A stretch of 63,855 bases of DNA, filler included, from Rhabdomonas costata (GCA_019059605.1; 38 parts of 38 records of this genome joined end to end with filler, not necessarily neighbours in it); one strand, 5' to 3'; positions 23,914-36,713 are shown, counted from the whole stretch's first letter. The notes: generated from the sequence alone by a model not told the origin. Numbers and translations are program-made.

Positions 23914-25149
23914 GAGAAAAAGAAGCGGAAGGAGGAGCTCCGGAAGCAGCAGGAAAAGCCCTCTTCAGAGCCCAAAGCTGCGGAAGGTTCTTCCCATGAC
24001 GAAACCTTTTGGTGTTGGTTTGCCTTCTTTTTTTTTTGAGGAAACATCGCAGGCGTTCTCTGCGAACATTCGCATGTTTCTCTTTGAGTGGCCAACGCGC
24101 TTCCACAAGTGGCAAGGTGAGCTTGCATGGGTTTTGTTTTGAGATGCGCAGGATTTCTTTGGGAGCTTTGCGCAGCGCATGTGCTGTCGCGGATGCCTAC
24201 CTCTAACCTAATTCTGTGCTTGGATTCAAGAAAAGGCCTTCCATTGAACATACACTTCCGCAGGACCGCGTGCTCCCACATCCTCCAGGCCAGCTCCGGG
24301 GCACAGCCATCACTCGGAGCGGCATTCTCGGGAGGGACCCTCTGGGGGATCCAGGCACCCCGAGTCGTCCTCTTCGGGACGTCATGGAAAGACTGTGGAC
24401 GACCGCCATGCCCCCCCACCCTCCACCCACAAGGCTCCTCCTGAGGCCTCCACAAAAACTCGGAAACGCTCCAGAAGCGGCAGCAGCAGCAGCAGCAGGA
24501 ACGTGGGACCGGTTGGCTTTTTGATCAACTCCTGGCGACTAGGCAAGACTCCAAAAACTACGACACGAAAACAAATTGAAATTCACTCTGCACGGTCGCG
24601 TGTGCCACCTCAAAGGAGAGAGTTCGAAAAATGGGTTCAAAAAGCCACCACTTTGGACTTACAAGGGAGTCAGGGACAGTTAAAAGTGTCTCCCATAGCA
24701 AGCCATGTTAGTTGTTTCTTGTACACTCGAAACGTATAACTTCACTTCACCTCACCTTTTCTGGTACATGCCGGCATGCCTCAGCTTTGGTTTGTTGCAC
24801 GGCAAGGGCCAGATATGCGCCTTTGACAATGTGAGGAAAGCGCCATTTTTTCCACGATGGCTCTTTTTTAGGGTTTCCCATCAGTTAGCCGTGATTTAAG
24901 GGGCGCAAACTTGACGTGGTCCATCTGGCATTGCTCGATCAAGGACCCGAGTCACAGTCCTTTCGAGACATCTGCAACAACTTAACTCGGTCTTGCATCC
25001 ACCCTCCGTCAAAAAAAACATGAAAGCATTTGCCGAGGGTGCTTCCAGAAGGCCAGCTTGCCCTCACAACAACAGCAGTAGCAGCGCGAGCAGTAGCAGC
25101 ACAAGCAGCAGCAGCAGCAGCAGCAGCACTGGTTCTACCCACCCCCCAC
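23914..25149 (+). CDS. Exons of a low-complexity Lys/Arg/Ser-rich protein
   Basis: Candidate exons 23914-23987, 24264-24511 and about 25049-end with AG/GT ends. (AGC)n tracts read as poly-Ser. Confidence 0.5.
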
Positions 25150-25249
25150 NNNNNNNNNNNNNNNNNNNNNNNNNNNNNNNNNNNNNNNNNNNNTTAATTA
25201 ATTAANNNNNNNNNNNNNNNNNNNNNNNNNNNNNNNNNNNNNNNNNNNN

Positions 25250-25440
25250 AAGGCCTCCATCATCCCGGCGTCGGAGAGGAACCGTGCCACGTCCACGGGA
25301 AGCATCCGGCGCATCCCAGCCAGGAAGTCCATCTTGCTGATGAACCCGGTGCAGTCCATGTCGCACGCGTTGAAGGCCCCCGTACACACAGCGCTGAGCT
25401 GCTTGGGGTCGTTCAGGATGGCCTCCAGGTCCCTCGCCAT
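25250..25440 (-). CDS. EF-hand Ca-binding domain, truncated by the contig end
   Basis: AFNACDMDCTGFISKMDFLAGM is an EF-hand loop of the form DxDxxGxIxxxD/E-F. Confidence 0.85.
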
Positions 25441-25641
25441 TCGCATCGGGGGAAGGTTGGGGATCTGAGTGCGGAGAGGGAGAAGGCTACAATCTGAGTG
25501 GAACGAGAGAAGGGGGATGACATGCTGGACAGCAGCATCGTGATCATGCTGTACCGCGGAGGACTCACCCTGGTACAAAAACATCGCTTCACTTCTGGAC
25601 TATGTTCTCTTCCTTACTGGAGGGTGGGGCGGGCCGCATAC

Positions 25642-26633
25642 CGTGCGGGCCTTGGATCCAATGGTGAGAGTGACCGTGCGGGTAGAGCTCTGGCCGCCGC
25701 GGTTCAGGACCACGGGTATCTGCCGGCCAACCACGGCGTTCTGCTTCACAGCCTGGCGGAAGGCCGCGGTCGTCGTCGTCGGGATGTTGCCCAGGCTGAT
25801 CAGAACGTCCTTTGCCTACAGCACACGCGAAGAACCCAGACCCTTTATCTACACATGCACGCCCGCCCTCAAAAACCCCCTAGCTCGAGCGCGCTTCGCA
25901 AGGTGCCGCAACGTAACGAACTGCTGCGCATTTTGTGCGGGGGGGGGACCCCAATGGTTGCTGTCAATAGTGAAATCGTTGTGTCTGAAAACGAACATGT
26001 AAGAGCAAAGTAAAATATGAGAAGATGGTGCCCTTCTTGGCTTCGCACAAGTCTTTCCTTTTTTGGCTTGCAACTGCAAAAGACTGACGCCCACCCTCCG
26101 CCGCCGTTCCTGCTTCTTTTCCGAGTTATTACCAGGCGTTCACTGTTCTTCTCGATCACCTCGGCCCAATATATAGCCCATTTCACCTCACAGGAGATGA
26201 GATTAAGCACATATGTACAGGCGAAAAAACCCTTTTCCACCACCCGTTGTGAGTCCGAAAAAGGCCTGAATTTTTCACACAGATAAGAGGCCACGAGCAA
26301 ACTCCCCACTCCCCACTCCCGACCACCCTCCAAGGACCTCACCGTACCGAACCGAAGCCCATCTTACCCTCAAAAAGCCTGGTTTGCACACAATCTGACC
26401 TGCTTTCCAGGTTGGTTAGGCCACACCCCAACAAGGAAGGCGAGATAGTATGACCTTACTCGGCACACAAGCCATCAAGGTTCTTGCCTCTCTGAGGACA
26501 CAAACCTGGATCCCAGCGGTCGCAGCAGGCCCGTTGGGGTCCACTCCGTGAATCACCACCACCCCACCGGAGAACTTCACAGAGAGCCCCAGGAAGGCAA
26601 ACGTTGGCCCAGTCGGCGGAGGAGGTGGCGGAG
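25642..26633 (-). CDS. PDZ domain encoded by two exons
   Basis: Exons 26633-26506 (AFLGLSVKFSGGVVVIHGVDPNGPAATAGIQ) and 25815-25642 (AKDVLISLGNIP...IPVVLNRGG...VTLTIG), phase 0. Confidence 0.88.
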
Positions 26634-27104
26634 CTGCACCACGCACAACAATATCGACACACACAGACGCCGAAATTCCTGAATGGAGCTGCGAGGTCAG
26701 GTGAGCGCTCAACTGACTTGATAGCAGAAGAAGGAATCATGACATCTACACATGAGAGTCTGGCAGAAATACCTCACCCACGACTTGGGGTAGTGTCAAG
26801 GCTGCTCAAAAGTGCCGCTCATCGACCCCCCCNNNNNNNNNNNNNNNNNNNNNNNNNNNNNNNNNNNNNNNNNNNNTTAATTAATTAANNNNNNNNNNNN
26901 NNNNNNNNNNNNNNNNNNNNNNNNNNNNNNNNTGTTGGGGGACAGGAGCAGCCCGGGTCAGCACGAGAGAAGGGGAGAATGGCAGCGAGAAGCGGGAGAC
27001 CAGAGTGGGAGTGTGGAAGCCCCGCGTACACTGTGGATCGGGGGTCACATGAGGTAAACTAACCCAACGTGACAAGACAGCGGGACAAAGTACCATGTGC
27101 TGAC

Positions 27105-27226
27105 AAGGGTGTGAGGCCCGATGGGCCCATGCCCCATCGAAAGGTGGGAGCCCAGGGGGGAAGTGGACCTCGAGTCCTCCCCAGAAAAAACTCATCCTTG
27201 ATAAGTGCACCAAGTGTGTGTGTGAT
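27105..27226 (+). repeat. Dispersed repeat family B copy
   Basis: Homologous to 20518-20635; the hairpin cgatggg...cccatcg is conserved. Confidence 0.85.
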
Positions 27227-27423
27227 CTGAGAGCTCGCGCCGGGCTGGGGAAAAAGAAGCGGCACCAGGTTTTGAAGTGCAAGAGCCACCTAGCTGGGTG
27301 GGCACCGAAGTTGAGAAGACTGGCCACGCAGCTTTTCGGGCGGCCATTGAACCTAGGAAAGGCTGCGGTGTTGTTCTCGATTCGAATTATATCGATGCCT
27401 GTTTGGAATTGGGCTCTTTGCAG

Positions 27424-28256
27424 GCCACCAGCAGTGTGATTACCCCGGACACTTCTCTCCTGAACGAGATGTCCTCGCGCCTGCTGCGCTGCCGCGCCCA
27501 AAAGGACGCCCGGCAGCTCCGCACAGAGCTGAAGTTCGCCGTCCGCCATAACTTCGGTGGGATCTCCAGCGAGGATCTCCACAGCCCAGCCCACTTTGGC
27601 ACCCTTCCTGCAGTGCAGGTCAACTTCCCCCCTTCCCTTCCCTCAGTGATTAGTTAACCCAGCGATGGCTTCCTACCTCCCTTTTTTTTTCATCTCTTCG
27701 TGTTAATGTTGGTAATGTTCACAGGTTGTACGAAAGGAAAAGCAATAATTCGGATCCTCCCTCCCAAATCCTGGCGGTGCTTGGAGCCTTGGAGTGCCCC
27801 ACTGAAGGATACGTGTGCAATGCGTGCCTGAAAATTGGCAACCCGTCAACAAGCCGCTGCGATGCAACTTGCTTCGGATTTGTTTCAGCATTTGTTCATG
27901 GTGCCATTTGTTTGGTAATTTTAAAGATTCGCTTCTGTTGACAGAGAAGTTGACGATGCTGTTGTCTGTTGCGGAAGAGTTGCGCTCGTTTACAGCCCCT
28001 CCATATCGCCCGCGGGTTGAGGGTTGGGGGAGGCGCCCCGAAAATAATACAATTATCCCTTTGCCCTGTTCCTTGGTTCAGGCTCAGAAGTTTGTCGACG
28101 AGGTTATGGCTGGGCTCAACTTCCTGTGCGAGGTGCCGGATGACTGGTGCCACAACAAGCATGAGGAGGCGAAGTTCTTCGAGGACCTGCTGGTGACCTG
28201 GGGCCGCACCGCGCTGTGGCTATCGGGCACCGTGGAGCTTGCCAACCACCACATCG
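27424..28256 (+). CDS. SDP1/TGL3-4-like patatin triacylglycerol lipase (DUF3336 plus start of the patatin domain)
   Basis: Exons 27424-27618 (RHNFGGISSEDLHSPAHFGT) and about 28082/28088-28256 (KFVDEV...FFEDLLVTWGRTALWLSGTVELANHHIG). Confidence 0.85.
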
Positions 28257-29130
28257 GTGTGTGCACCACGCCCGGCGTTTCCCTGTTTGGCACCAACGGG
28301 GGCTATTTTCAAAGCGGACGTTTTAGAAGACCCGAAGTTACTCATTGGGGCCAGTCAGTGGTGTTCAAGCACCTTGCTGCGTTGCATTATCGGTTTCTGT
28401 GGGGCTGCAGAAGCGGACCCATGGAGTCCAGCGTGAAACACGGTCACTCGTCCTACGCTCTCCCCTCCCCCCTCAATTATTGCCTGTTGTCATCGTTATG
28501 GGGCCTACACACCACANNNNNNNNNNNNNNNNNNNNNNNNNNNNNNNNNNNNNNNNNNNNTTAATTAATTAANNNNNNNNNNNNNNNNNNNNNNNNNNNN
28601 NNNNNNNNNNNNNNNNCACCCCCCGAAATGTGCCGCGCTGCAGCCGTGGAACTGACGGCGGTGTCTGAGTGAGACGGGGGCTTACACAATTTCCGGGAAT
28701 ATGGCGCGAAGTCAGCACCTGCACTTCAAGGGCATGTGACGGCCGATCGCCACGTGCATGTCAAAAACGGGCGTAACAAGACCAACAATCAGAACGGAAG
28801 GCAGTTTTAGCCTATTCTCATGCAGGCCTTCGTATGTTTAGCAACAGAGGTCAGGAAAATGCCTGACTGGGGCCAAGCTCAGCCACTTCGAGGTGGATGC
28901 GATCTCTTGGGAAACCTATTACCTCAACCCCTGCATCCATCTGCACCATCCGATCCGAGTAAAGTGGTAAAGTGGAATGGCTCTCCTATGGCTCTCCCCT
29001 CGCTCACTTCTGTTCTGCGCCTCTCACAATTGCCCTTCCCTAAATCTGAAAGAGTATGGAACTGACGGGAAAACATATTGAGTGTGGGGAGAAGCAGAAG
29101 AGAGCAGAAGCTGAGCAGGAGGCCTTCAAC

Positions 29131-29967
29131 CGTGGCTGGACTTCAGGATGAGCACTTTGGAAGGGGAGACCGGGGTGGGTCCTCCTGTTTTCTGGCTGGA
29201 TGACGGACCCCGTGGAAGGTGCCCCGCCGCGTTCTTGCTCACCTGCAGCGCAGTGGAGCAGCAAAGCGGAAGCAGTAGGGAGCTCGCCAACCTCAAAACA
29301 AATTCTATTGTCCCCTAAATCCAAAATTTTTTGTTTGTATTTCTCCATGGAGCGAGCGTAAAGTCCAAAGAAGGACACAAAGGTGATCAGTTTCTGGCCA
29401 CACATCCCGGTGTGCATGTCTGTGAGTAGAAAGGTCAGTGGGAAAAATCTTCCTCTTTGCCTTTCTCTTTCTTTGCGTTCATGCGCAAAGACTTGTCCTA
29501 CACATTCAAACGGGGTTAGGCTGAAATTATTTTGAATGGAAAAATAGCGCCTGTTGGCACAAACGGTGGGGATCTAAAAGAAATTCGGGTTTTTTCGTCT
29601 AAATTTTTCGAGAAAATTCGGAGTTCTCAGCTGGGATCTGGGAAGGGCGCGGCTGCAGATTCTGATTTGTTTGTTTATGTCGGTGTGTGTGGGAGGGGGT
29701 GGGAGGGTTGCAATTGACCAGTGCATCTTCACGTGTGCGCACGAGGGCGTGTCACAGAGACCGCGAGCATTAAGCGCCGGAGAGATACGTACAAAGCTCC
29801 TCAGCTGAGCAGAGGATGCAGCAAAACCTGAAAGCGCCGGATGCGGGGCTTCGGAGGGCTTTCTTCGTCGCTGACGGAGATCTTCGGGAGCACCCCCGCG
29901 GAAGCCGAGACAACAAACGGGGCCTTTCCTGCCGCAGCTTCTGCGCTCGCGGTCTTGTGCGCAGAAT
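29131..29967 (-). CDS. Candidate exons of a low-complexity unknown protein
   Basis: Segments about 29967-29828 and about 29242-29131 are bounded by cag/gt and join in frame. No domain recognised. Confidence 0.35.
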
Positions 29968-30423
29968 CTGTGAATCGTAGAGAGAGACGCCACCAACACC
30001 AACACCAACACTCTCGAAGGGATTGCTCACTAATCATCAATTCATGCAATTTGGAAGTCCTTCTGACGTGGGGCAAGAAGCGGCGCAGAAGGGTTACAAA
30101 GAACCAACAAGGAGCACGACCACCGGAAGAGAGGGAAATCTGACCCCAAGAGCCGTCCACGCAGCGTTTCGGGAGGCCTGCTGTACATACAAAAGACTCN
30201 NNNNNNNNNNNNNNNNNNNNNNNNNNNNNNNNNNNNNNNNNNNTTAATTAATTAANNNNNNNNNNNNNNNNNNNNNNNNNNNNNNNNNNNNNNNNNNNNG
30301 GGGGGTGGGGGCAGGTTTGGAGGATGTGGTACAGGAGCTGAAGACCGAGAGGCGTTGGGATTGGAGCGTTGGGATTGGCTGGCGGTGAGATTCGGGAGGA
30401 CACACAGATGCACAAATAAGCAC

Positions 30424-31733
30424 AGACTTGTCATCACGTCAATGGCTTCGCGAGCAGTTTGGGTACGCTGCAGGGCAATCCAGATGAGCGAGCCGTAGTC
30501 CAGGATAGCCCCAGGCTGGGTGCCCAGTTCTTCCCGCCCTCCAAAGGTGCTCTCCGTGATCGCCACCCCGAACTCGTTAATGTTTCCCACCACATTGTAC
30601 ACCTCCGAGGCCTTGCAAGAGGGGGTGGTTGGTGGGGGCGGGGAAGGGCAGACGAGGAACAACGAATCGGGAGAGTGGTTCAGTGCAGAGGCAACCACAG
30701 CTCAGAGGTACACAAGCACCCCACGCAACCACAAAAAACTGGTGAAAAAAGGAAGCATTATCTCCTCTTTATCATCAGCAATGGAGCAATGGAGCGAGGA
30801 GAAAACTCCGTTCGTGAACCGCGTAGTGAAAACTCAAAATATTGTGGGGCGGCGGTACTGAGCCAGTCTTTGGCGTGAGGACCGCTATTGGACACAGGAC
30901 AGCAACTTACTCGGAAGCGCCTTCTGTCTGCATGTCGCTTACGTCGATTGAGGGACATGGGTCCGAGGGCGTTATTCCTTCATTGCACGGGAGGAGGCCA
31001 GACACCTCGGGGATTTCTCCCAGATATTCACCGGTGTCCCAGGAGTAAATCTTCCGCATTGTGCCAGGCTTCGGAAACCCACGGGGGTAAAACTGCACGT
31101 ACCCATACAGGTCCGCGGAATCCTGAGCGCGTATACATACAGGGACAAGACAAGTTTCGTACTCCTCCAGTACTGGTAAATAAGGCAAACTCCACCATAA
31201 ACTGAGACGGTGCATTTTCTGCGAACGCTCCTTCGATGCGCAACCCCTGCCATTTATGGCATGCGCACACATGTTTTTGACGCAAACTTTTGTGTGCCAA
31301 CCTATGCCGTCAAACCTGGTGGTTCAGCACCTCAACACAAAGACATCCACATAAGGTAACAAGACTTCAAATCAAAATGCCACATACTAATCTCTCAGTT
31401 TTCCAGAGAACATTTGATTAGAGACAGACTGACAAACTAGAGAATGCACTGTAAGGCGGTCAAACAATCTGCCTCGACCGGCACAGCAAAAGTATGGTAC
31501 ACGGAAAGAGACCCTACCCAACCGACTTTCTTCGAATGTAGAACTTGACATTGCAAGAACACAAGCGCAAACGGAGAAAAGGGAACCGCGTTGTAGGAGA
31601 CGATCGTCCCAGAGTCTTTCGAGGCTCCTGGGGTCACAATGAAGTCTGAGCATCCCTGCGCTGCCTCCCAAAGGGAGCACAGCAGCGAGAGTACCAGAAC
31701 CAGCATGGACCGTGAAGGAAGCTTCTCAGCCAT
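30424..31733 (-). CDS. Peptidase C69 (dipeptidase/secernin family, Ntn hydrolase) with signal peptide
   Basis: Exons 31733-31587 (signal peptide plus nucleophile CSDFIVTPGAS..YNA), 31122-31006 (DSADLYG...WDTGEYLGEIPE) and 30611 to about 30424 (YNVVGNINEFGVAITESTFGGREEL..DYGSLIWIALQR..TAREAI). Confidence 0.95.
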
Positions 31734-31982
31734 ATGGTGACGGGGTCCAGGGAACTCCGGGTGAGCAGAGGGAATGAGAAGGAGCTGCGGTCAACTCCGC
31801 AGCCACACAAAACCACAGCAGCAAAATTGGCCAAAAGCCTGACAAACTGTGAAAGAGGGGCTTCAACCCTGCAAAACCAACANNNNNNNNNNNNNNNNNN
31901 NNNNNNNNNNNNNNNNNNNNNNNNNNTTAATTAATTAANNNNNNNNNNNNNNNNNNNNNNNNNNNNNNNNNNNNNNNNNNNN

Positions 31983-33520
31983 TAGGCATCGGTGGGGTGC
32001 TCAACCTTCCCGTCAGCGTGCTTCGCAAAGCGCTTCCGCTCGCTGGGGTGCACCGGGTCCATCGTAGGAAACGGCCACCCTCCAAAGCGAGTCTTGCGGT
32101 ACTGCGTGTAGGCTTTCTCAATCTCAGCGACGGTGTTCATCACGAAGGGCCCGTGCTTCTCCACGGGCTCCCCAATGGGCCTGCCCTGCAGTAGTAGCAG
32201 ATGGGCAGTGTGGGCTTCTGGAGCGGTGACCGGGAGGTCTGCCGTGGGATCCACGACTGCCCCGTGGCGAGCTCGGAGCTCCTCTCTGGCATCCCCAATC
32301 AGAACGACAGCTTCCCCTTCATAGTAGTACAGGCAACGGTTGGCAGCGGATCCCGATGATGCCTTTGGAAGGGTCAGAGTGCAGCCGGCGGCGACTCTGA
32401 TCACCCAGATCGCAACATCGGAGTCAGGATGACTTGCCCAGCTCTCTGGGGGAGGGGGAGGGGCATCAATAAACAACTGCGGAGAGGACGGGTTGGGGAA
32501 GTATCCGGTGGAACCCGCAATGACCCGAATGCTGTGGAAGGCAGCCGAGGAGGGAGTTTCTGGTTCGGGCTCGGGCTGTTGGGCGACAGTGGTCGTCGAT
32601 GCGGAGATGGCCCCGGAGGGGTTGAGGGGGCGTGCAGTGATGTGAAGCGTGGGGATTTGGGGGTTCCACAGCATGGCAAAGTGAGGCTGGGCTGCCTTGC
32701 TGGCCCGAGGAAGATTCAGCCAGATCTGGAACAGCTCCATGGGGTTTCCATTCTCGGAATCCAAGAGCGGAAACATCTCCGAGTGCTGCACACCTGCGAC
32801 AAGTTGGACGACAGAGACGTTCTGTCTGTGTTCCGGAGGAGGATGTGGCAACGGTTAAAAAAACCTTGTTATTCTAGACAAACGCGCTAAAATTTTTCCA
32901 AATCTTTTCTCATAAGGGACCAGGAACGGGTCTCATCATACAATGACAACACGATAAAACGCGCAAACTTCAAAAATTTTCCGAACCAGAGAGTTCATCA
33001 GAGAAAATAAACAAATACGAATGAGATAACAACTGCTTCCGAATTACCCATTAAAAACACATGCAGATCATCAAGCAAGACTGTGGCGAACAAAACAAAA
33101 ACCTCACTGCAGCCACAGAGGTCCGCATGGTTGGATGCACACTGTGGCGAGTTCTGAGGAAAGGGTGAGCGAGTGATGGGCGAGAGGTCTCACACCACGG
33201 CCCGTGGTCAGCCACTGCACATCCCCTTCCCCGTATCGAGCTGTCGCCCCAAGAGAGTCACTGTGGTCAATCACCCCCCGCCGGGTCACCGTCACGGTCT
33301 CAAACCCGCAGTGCGGGTGAGCAGGGAACCCCGGCACCTTGGTTCCGTGGTACATGCTCCACCCTTCCTGGTAAGAGAAGTCCTGCCCGAGGCTCCGGCC
33401 CTGCAGCAGGGAAGGATCTGGGCCCATCTCTGGAGTACCGGCGGGGTATCGGTCAACGTGGTGGACGCAAAACAAGAAGGGGTCCAAGCAAGTCCAAGGC
33501 TGACGGCCCAGGGCGAATTT
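31983..33520 (-). CDS. Pirin (bicupin) family protein, nearly complete, two exons
   Basis: [74 protein letters not shown]. Phase 1 GT-AG intron at 33195-32794. Confidence 0.96.
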
Positions 33521-33557
33521 CCTTGGACTTGCTTGGACCCCTTCTTGTTTTGCGTCC
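33463..33557. repeat. Perfect 37-bp inverted repeat at the contig end (fold-back chimera)
   Basis: 33463-33499 (pirin coding sequence) is reverse-complemented at 33521-33557. Confidence 0.9.
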
Positions 33558-34043
33558 CCCACACANNNNNNNNNNNNNNNNNNNNNNNNNNNNNNNNNNN
33601 NNNNNNNNNTTAATTAATTAANNNNNNNNNNNNNNNNNNNNNNNNNNNNNNNNNNNNNNNNNNNNGGTGGTGTTGGATGCGTCCAAGTGCGTGTGTGCGA
33701 ACTTGAGAGCCCGGATTCCTCGACGTAGCTGCAACCCCAACTCACTTGGTGAAATTCACAAAAATCGAAAAATTTCGAGAGAAAAAATCGACTAATTTCG
33801 CTCACTCTGCGCTCAATCTTGTGATCTCCCAGTGTTCAAAACAGCACATGATGAGGTCAGGGGACACAACGTCGTGTCGGAATGACGCGCAGTATATATT
33901 ACACGAGAGGTAAAAAAAGTCATCAAAGATTCAGAATTCGCCTTCCAAGGGTTGCTCATATGAGTCTAAATCCGTTCGCCAGGACTCCAAGGGGCACTTT
34001 GTTGCGCAGGAACCACAGGTTTGCCGCACGCGGAGAAAACCAC

Positions 34044-34178
34044 CTGGTATTCCCTGCACAAGTTCCACGCAAGCACCCCGACGGTGGCTCCGTGCAGCAC
34101 CATCCCAAACATCGAAGGCCACACAAAATCATCCGTGCCCACCCTCCATCGCCTCCCAAACAGGACCAGCGCAGGCAT
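34044..34178 (-). CDS. DAGL: sn1-diacylglycerol lipase (DAGL-like), first coding exon
   Basis: MPALVLFGRRWRVGTDDFVWP matches the DAGL N-terminus [21 protein letters not shown], followed by a TM segment and a GT donor. Confidence 0.85.
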
Positions 34179-35939
34179 TGGCGAGAGGCCCAGCTGGCCT
34201 CTCTGCAAAAACTCCCTATTCTGAACCCTGGTGAAGGTTTACCCGGGCAGGTTCACACCAAGAGAAATCAGAGATACACCACATCATACCACAATAAAAG
34301 GCCAATAAAACCAGAAGAGACAGCTGCAGGCCACTTTTAAGCCATTCACAAAACTTTTCTTGGTCAACGGCACAATTTTTTCCGAACTGACATCTGTTTT
34401 GGTTATTTTGACCACTTTACGAGCGTCCGTACATCAATTTATGAGCGCGCTGTAACCACAGTTTCCCATTCCTTTTGGCAACAGTTGCCTCCCCGAAACC
34501 GGTCTTCTGCACCGTGTACTGACGCCGTGTATGTTTCGTGCACTCATTGCCATTCCCTTACTTTCTGGCCATTGACTTGTGCGCCCGACACTGAACACCA
34601 GTTCTTTTCAACTTTGATACAAAAGCATGCGCATTTTAACAAGCGAAGCGGACGCGTCGGTACCTGCAGTGTTCCATCTGACAAAGTTTGGAAGCATAGT
34701 ACTGCTTGGCGCAAAAAAAGCGTGAGCAGCCATGATATTACGCCCGTTATATGTCACCGGCATGGGACAGGAAAGCCGGACCCCCTCGGTTCCCCTGCTG
34801 TGGTGGTTGCTTCTGCGTCTTCCCGCGAAACGGAAGTACATATACCACATCGCGATGCATTCCAGGAGAGAGCGATGACTGGGTGTGATTCCTGTCTCCG
34901 AAAGATAACTCTCCCACCATAGAATCGAAGGCCAACTACTCCGTTGCATCTGGAAACTGCACTAAACCACCGGAGACCAAACCCTGTTGGGTTCCCTCTA
35001 ACCAAACGGCTTCACAGAAAAAACGTCATATCTCGGCCTCTTCCGAGCCACGCCCATTTCAAGGCCGTTCTGCCCAATCCCGTGTGGTTGGTAGTAGTAA
35101 GGAGCACGGCAAATTAATGATCCACCTGCACAAAGACATTGGGACGTCGGGAGCAGCGCCACGTTAAAAACCAGATGTTACAGCGGGTTCGAGCACATAG
35201 GTTTGTGACAACCGAAAGGGGGCGGGGGCGGGCACTAAACACTCAACCNNNNNNNNNNNNNNNNNNNNNNNNNNNNNNNNNNNNNNNNNNNNTTAATTAA
35301 TTAANNNNNNNNNNNNNNNNNNNNNNNNNNNNNNNNNNNNNNNNNNNNTTGTGGTGGTGTGCCCTACAGTGAATCCCCCGCGCGAGGTAGGAATCAAGAA
35401 CGCAATGAAAGGAAAAGCAGACACACAGAGGGTCGAACTCTGCCTCAAAGTCGGAAAGCCGCACGGACCAAAACCATTTATACCGGGACGTCATCGGGGC
35501 GATAGGTTTATGAAGGGAAAACCAAAAGAAGTCTTTGCACGTTCGATTTTTCAATTTCGAAGAGAAAACGAATACACATAACACTTTCTCTTTCTGCCGG
35601 ATCAATGCCTGCTGATAAAAAACAAGGTCTCTCCTCTCTGCACCCATTTCCTTGTTATCATGCTATTTACTACCTGATAGAAATTGATGATTTATTGCTG
35701 GCTGTAAATAGGATTGCCTTTCTTCCCTTCGGCTCGCCTCACAGGACGACGGCTTGGTCCTGTTGGTTTCCCTTCAGTTTTTCAAGTCGGCAATGCTTTC
35801 TACCGGTGGGTGACAGAAAACACCCGCTTCAAATATCAAGGTGCATTGCGGCTATGCGTGGTTCGCGGCATGCGAAGACAATCAGAAAAAAAAAGTTGGG
35901 GAAGCACGGCAGAAGAACGCTTTATCCCACCGCACGAAC

Positions 35940-36713
35940 CCTCCGGATGCGCCATGTTCAGAACATCCAGTCCCTCACGGTGCAGCCGCTTCGCGATGTC
36001 CAGCTCGGGGTGAGCCGAGCTCAGGTGCACGGCCAAGGGCAGCACCCCGGCCTTGTTGGGCAGGTCCACAGGAAACCCGCGGCCCAGCAGCCACTCCACA
36101 ACCTCGGGGGAGCGGGATCTGAAACCCACCACAGAGACGCGAGGCGGCTGCGTAAACCGCACATGGCTGTCAATCACAATCATAATCTACGGACGGAACC
36201 ACGGGATGAGAACCCGAAAAGAAAGATAATTGCGCCTGCCACGAGCAGACAGAAGGGAAGGGCGATATTCCAGAATTTTTACAACGGAGAACGGTTAAAA
36301 CTCGAAGAACCTCTGGCCAACATAATGACTCATGTAACGAAACCAGACAAACTTTAGAAGGCTCAATCCAAAAATAGCTCAAAGCAGGGCCACAGGGCAA
36401 AAACCCCAAGGTAGCGCAGGTGAAAGGAGCACTGGAATGGGTGAGGCGATTTCTGGGGAAGTGAGGGTGGAGGAGGGAAGGGGAGCATAGGCCCACCATG
36501 GCTTTGTTGCGAAGGACGACGTGCAAGGGGGTATCTTGGGCCTCTCCGGAGGTGCAACCAGGGCCCGGTGGGGGCGCCAGCAGCTCTATCACGCGGGCAT
36601 CCGCGAGGGGCTGAGTGGAGAGGTACGCGGAAAGGAGTTCGGGCTTCCGGGCGTCCGGCGAGAAGGGCACCAGGCTGGCCACTACGGCGAGGAAACTGTC
36701 CCTCTCGACCTCA
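35940..36713 (-). CDS. Ankyrin-repeat protein, two exons
   Basis: Exon about 36713-36498 (..QDTPLHVVLRNKAM) and exon about 36147-35940 (EVVEWLLGRGFPVDLPNKAGVLPL..ELDIAKRL). Confidence 0.8.

Noticed and set aside
28227-28232. GC splice donor in the lipase after LSG
   Set aside because: Read-through keeps the gapless alignment to L...H.GV, so the exon probably continues to a GT at about 28257.
33521-33562. Pirin N-terminus [15 protein letters not shown]
   Set aside because: It is the reverse complement of the downstream coding sequence, a fold-back artefact.
36110-36497. Non-conventional (euglenid-type) intron in the ankyrin gene, suggested by a phase mismatch at the nearest AG
   Set aside because: A phase-0 cag acceptor at 36149-36148 resolves it conventionally. 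No non-conventional intron could be demonstrated in the window.
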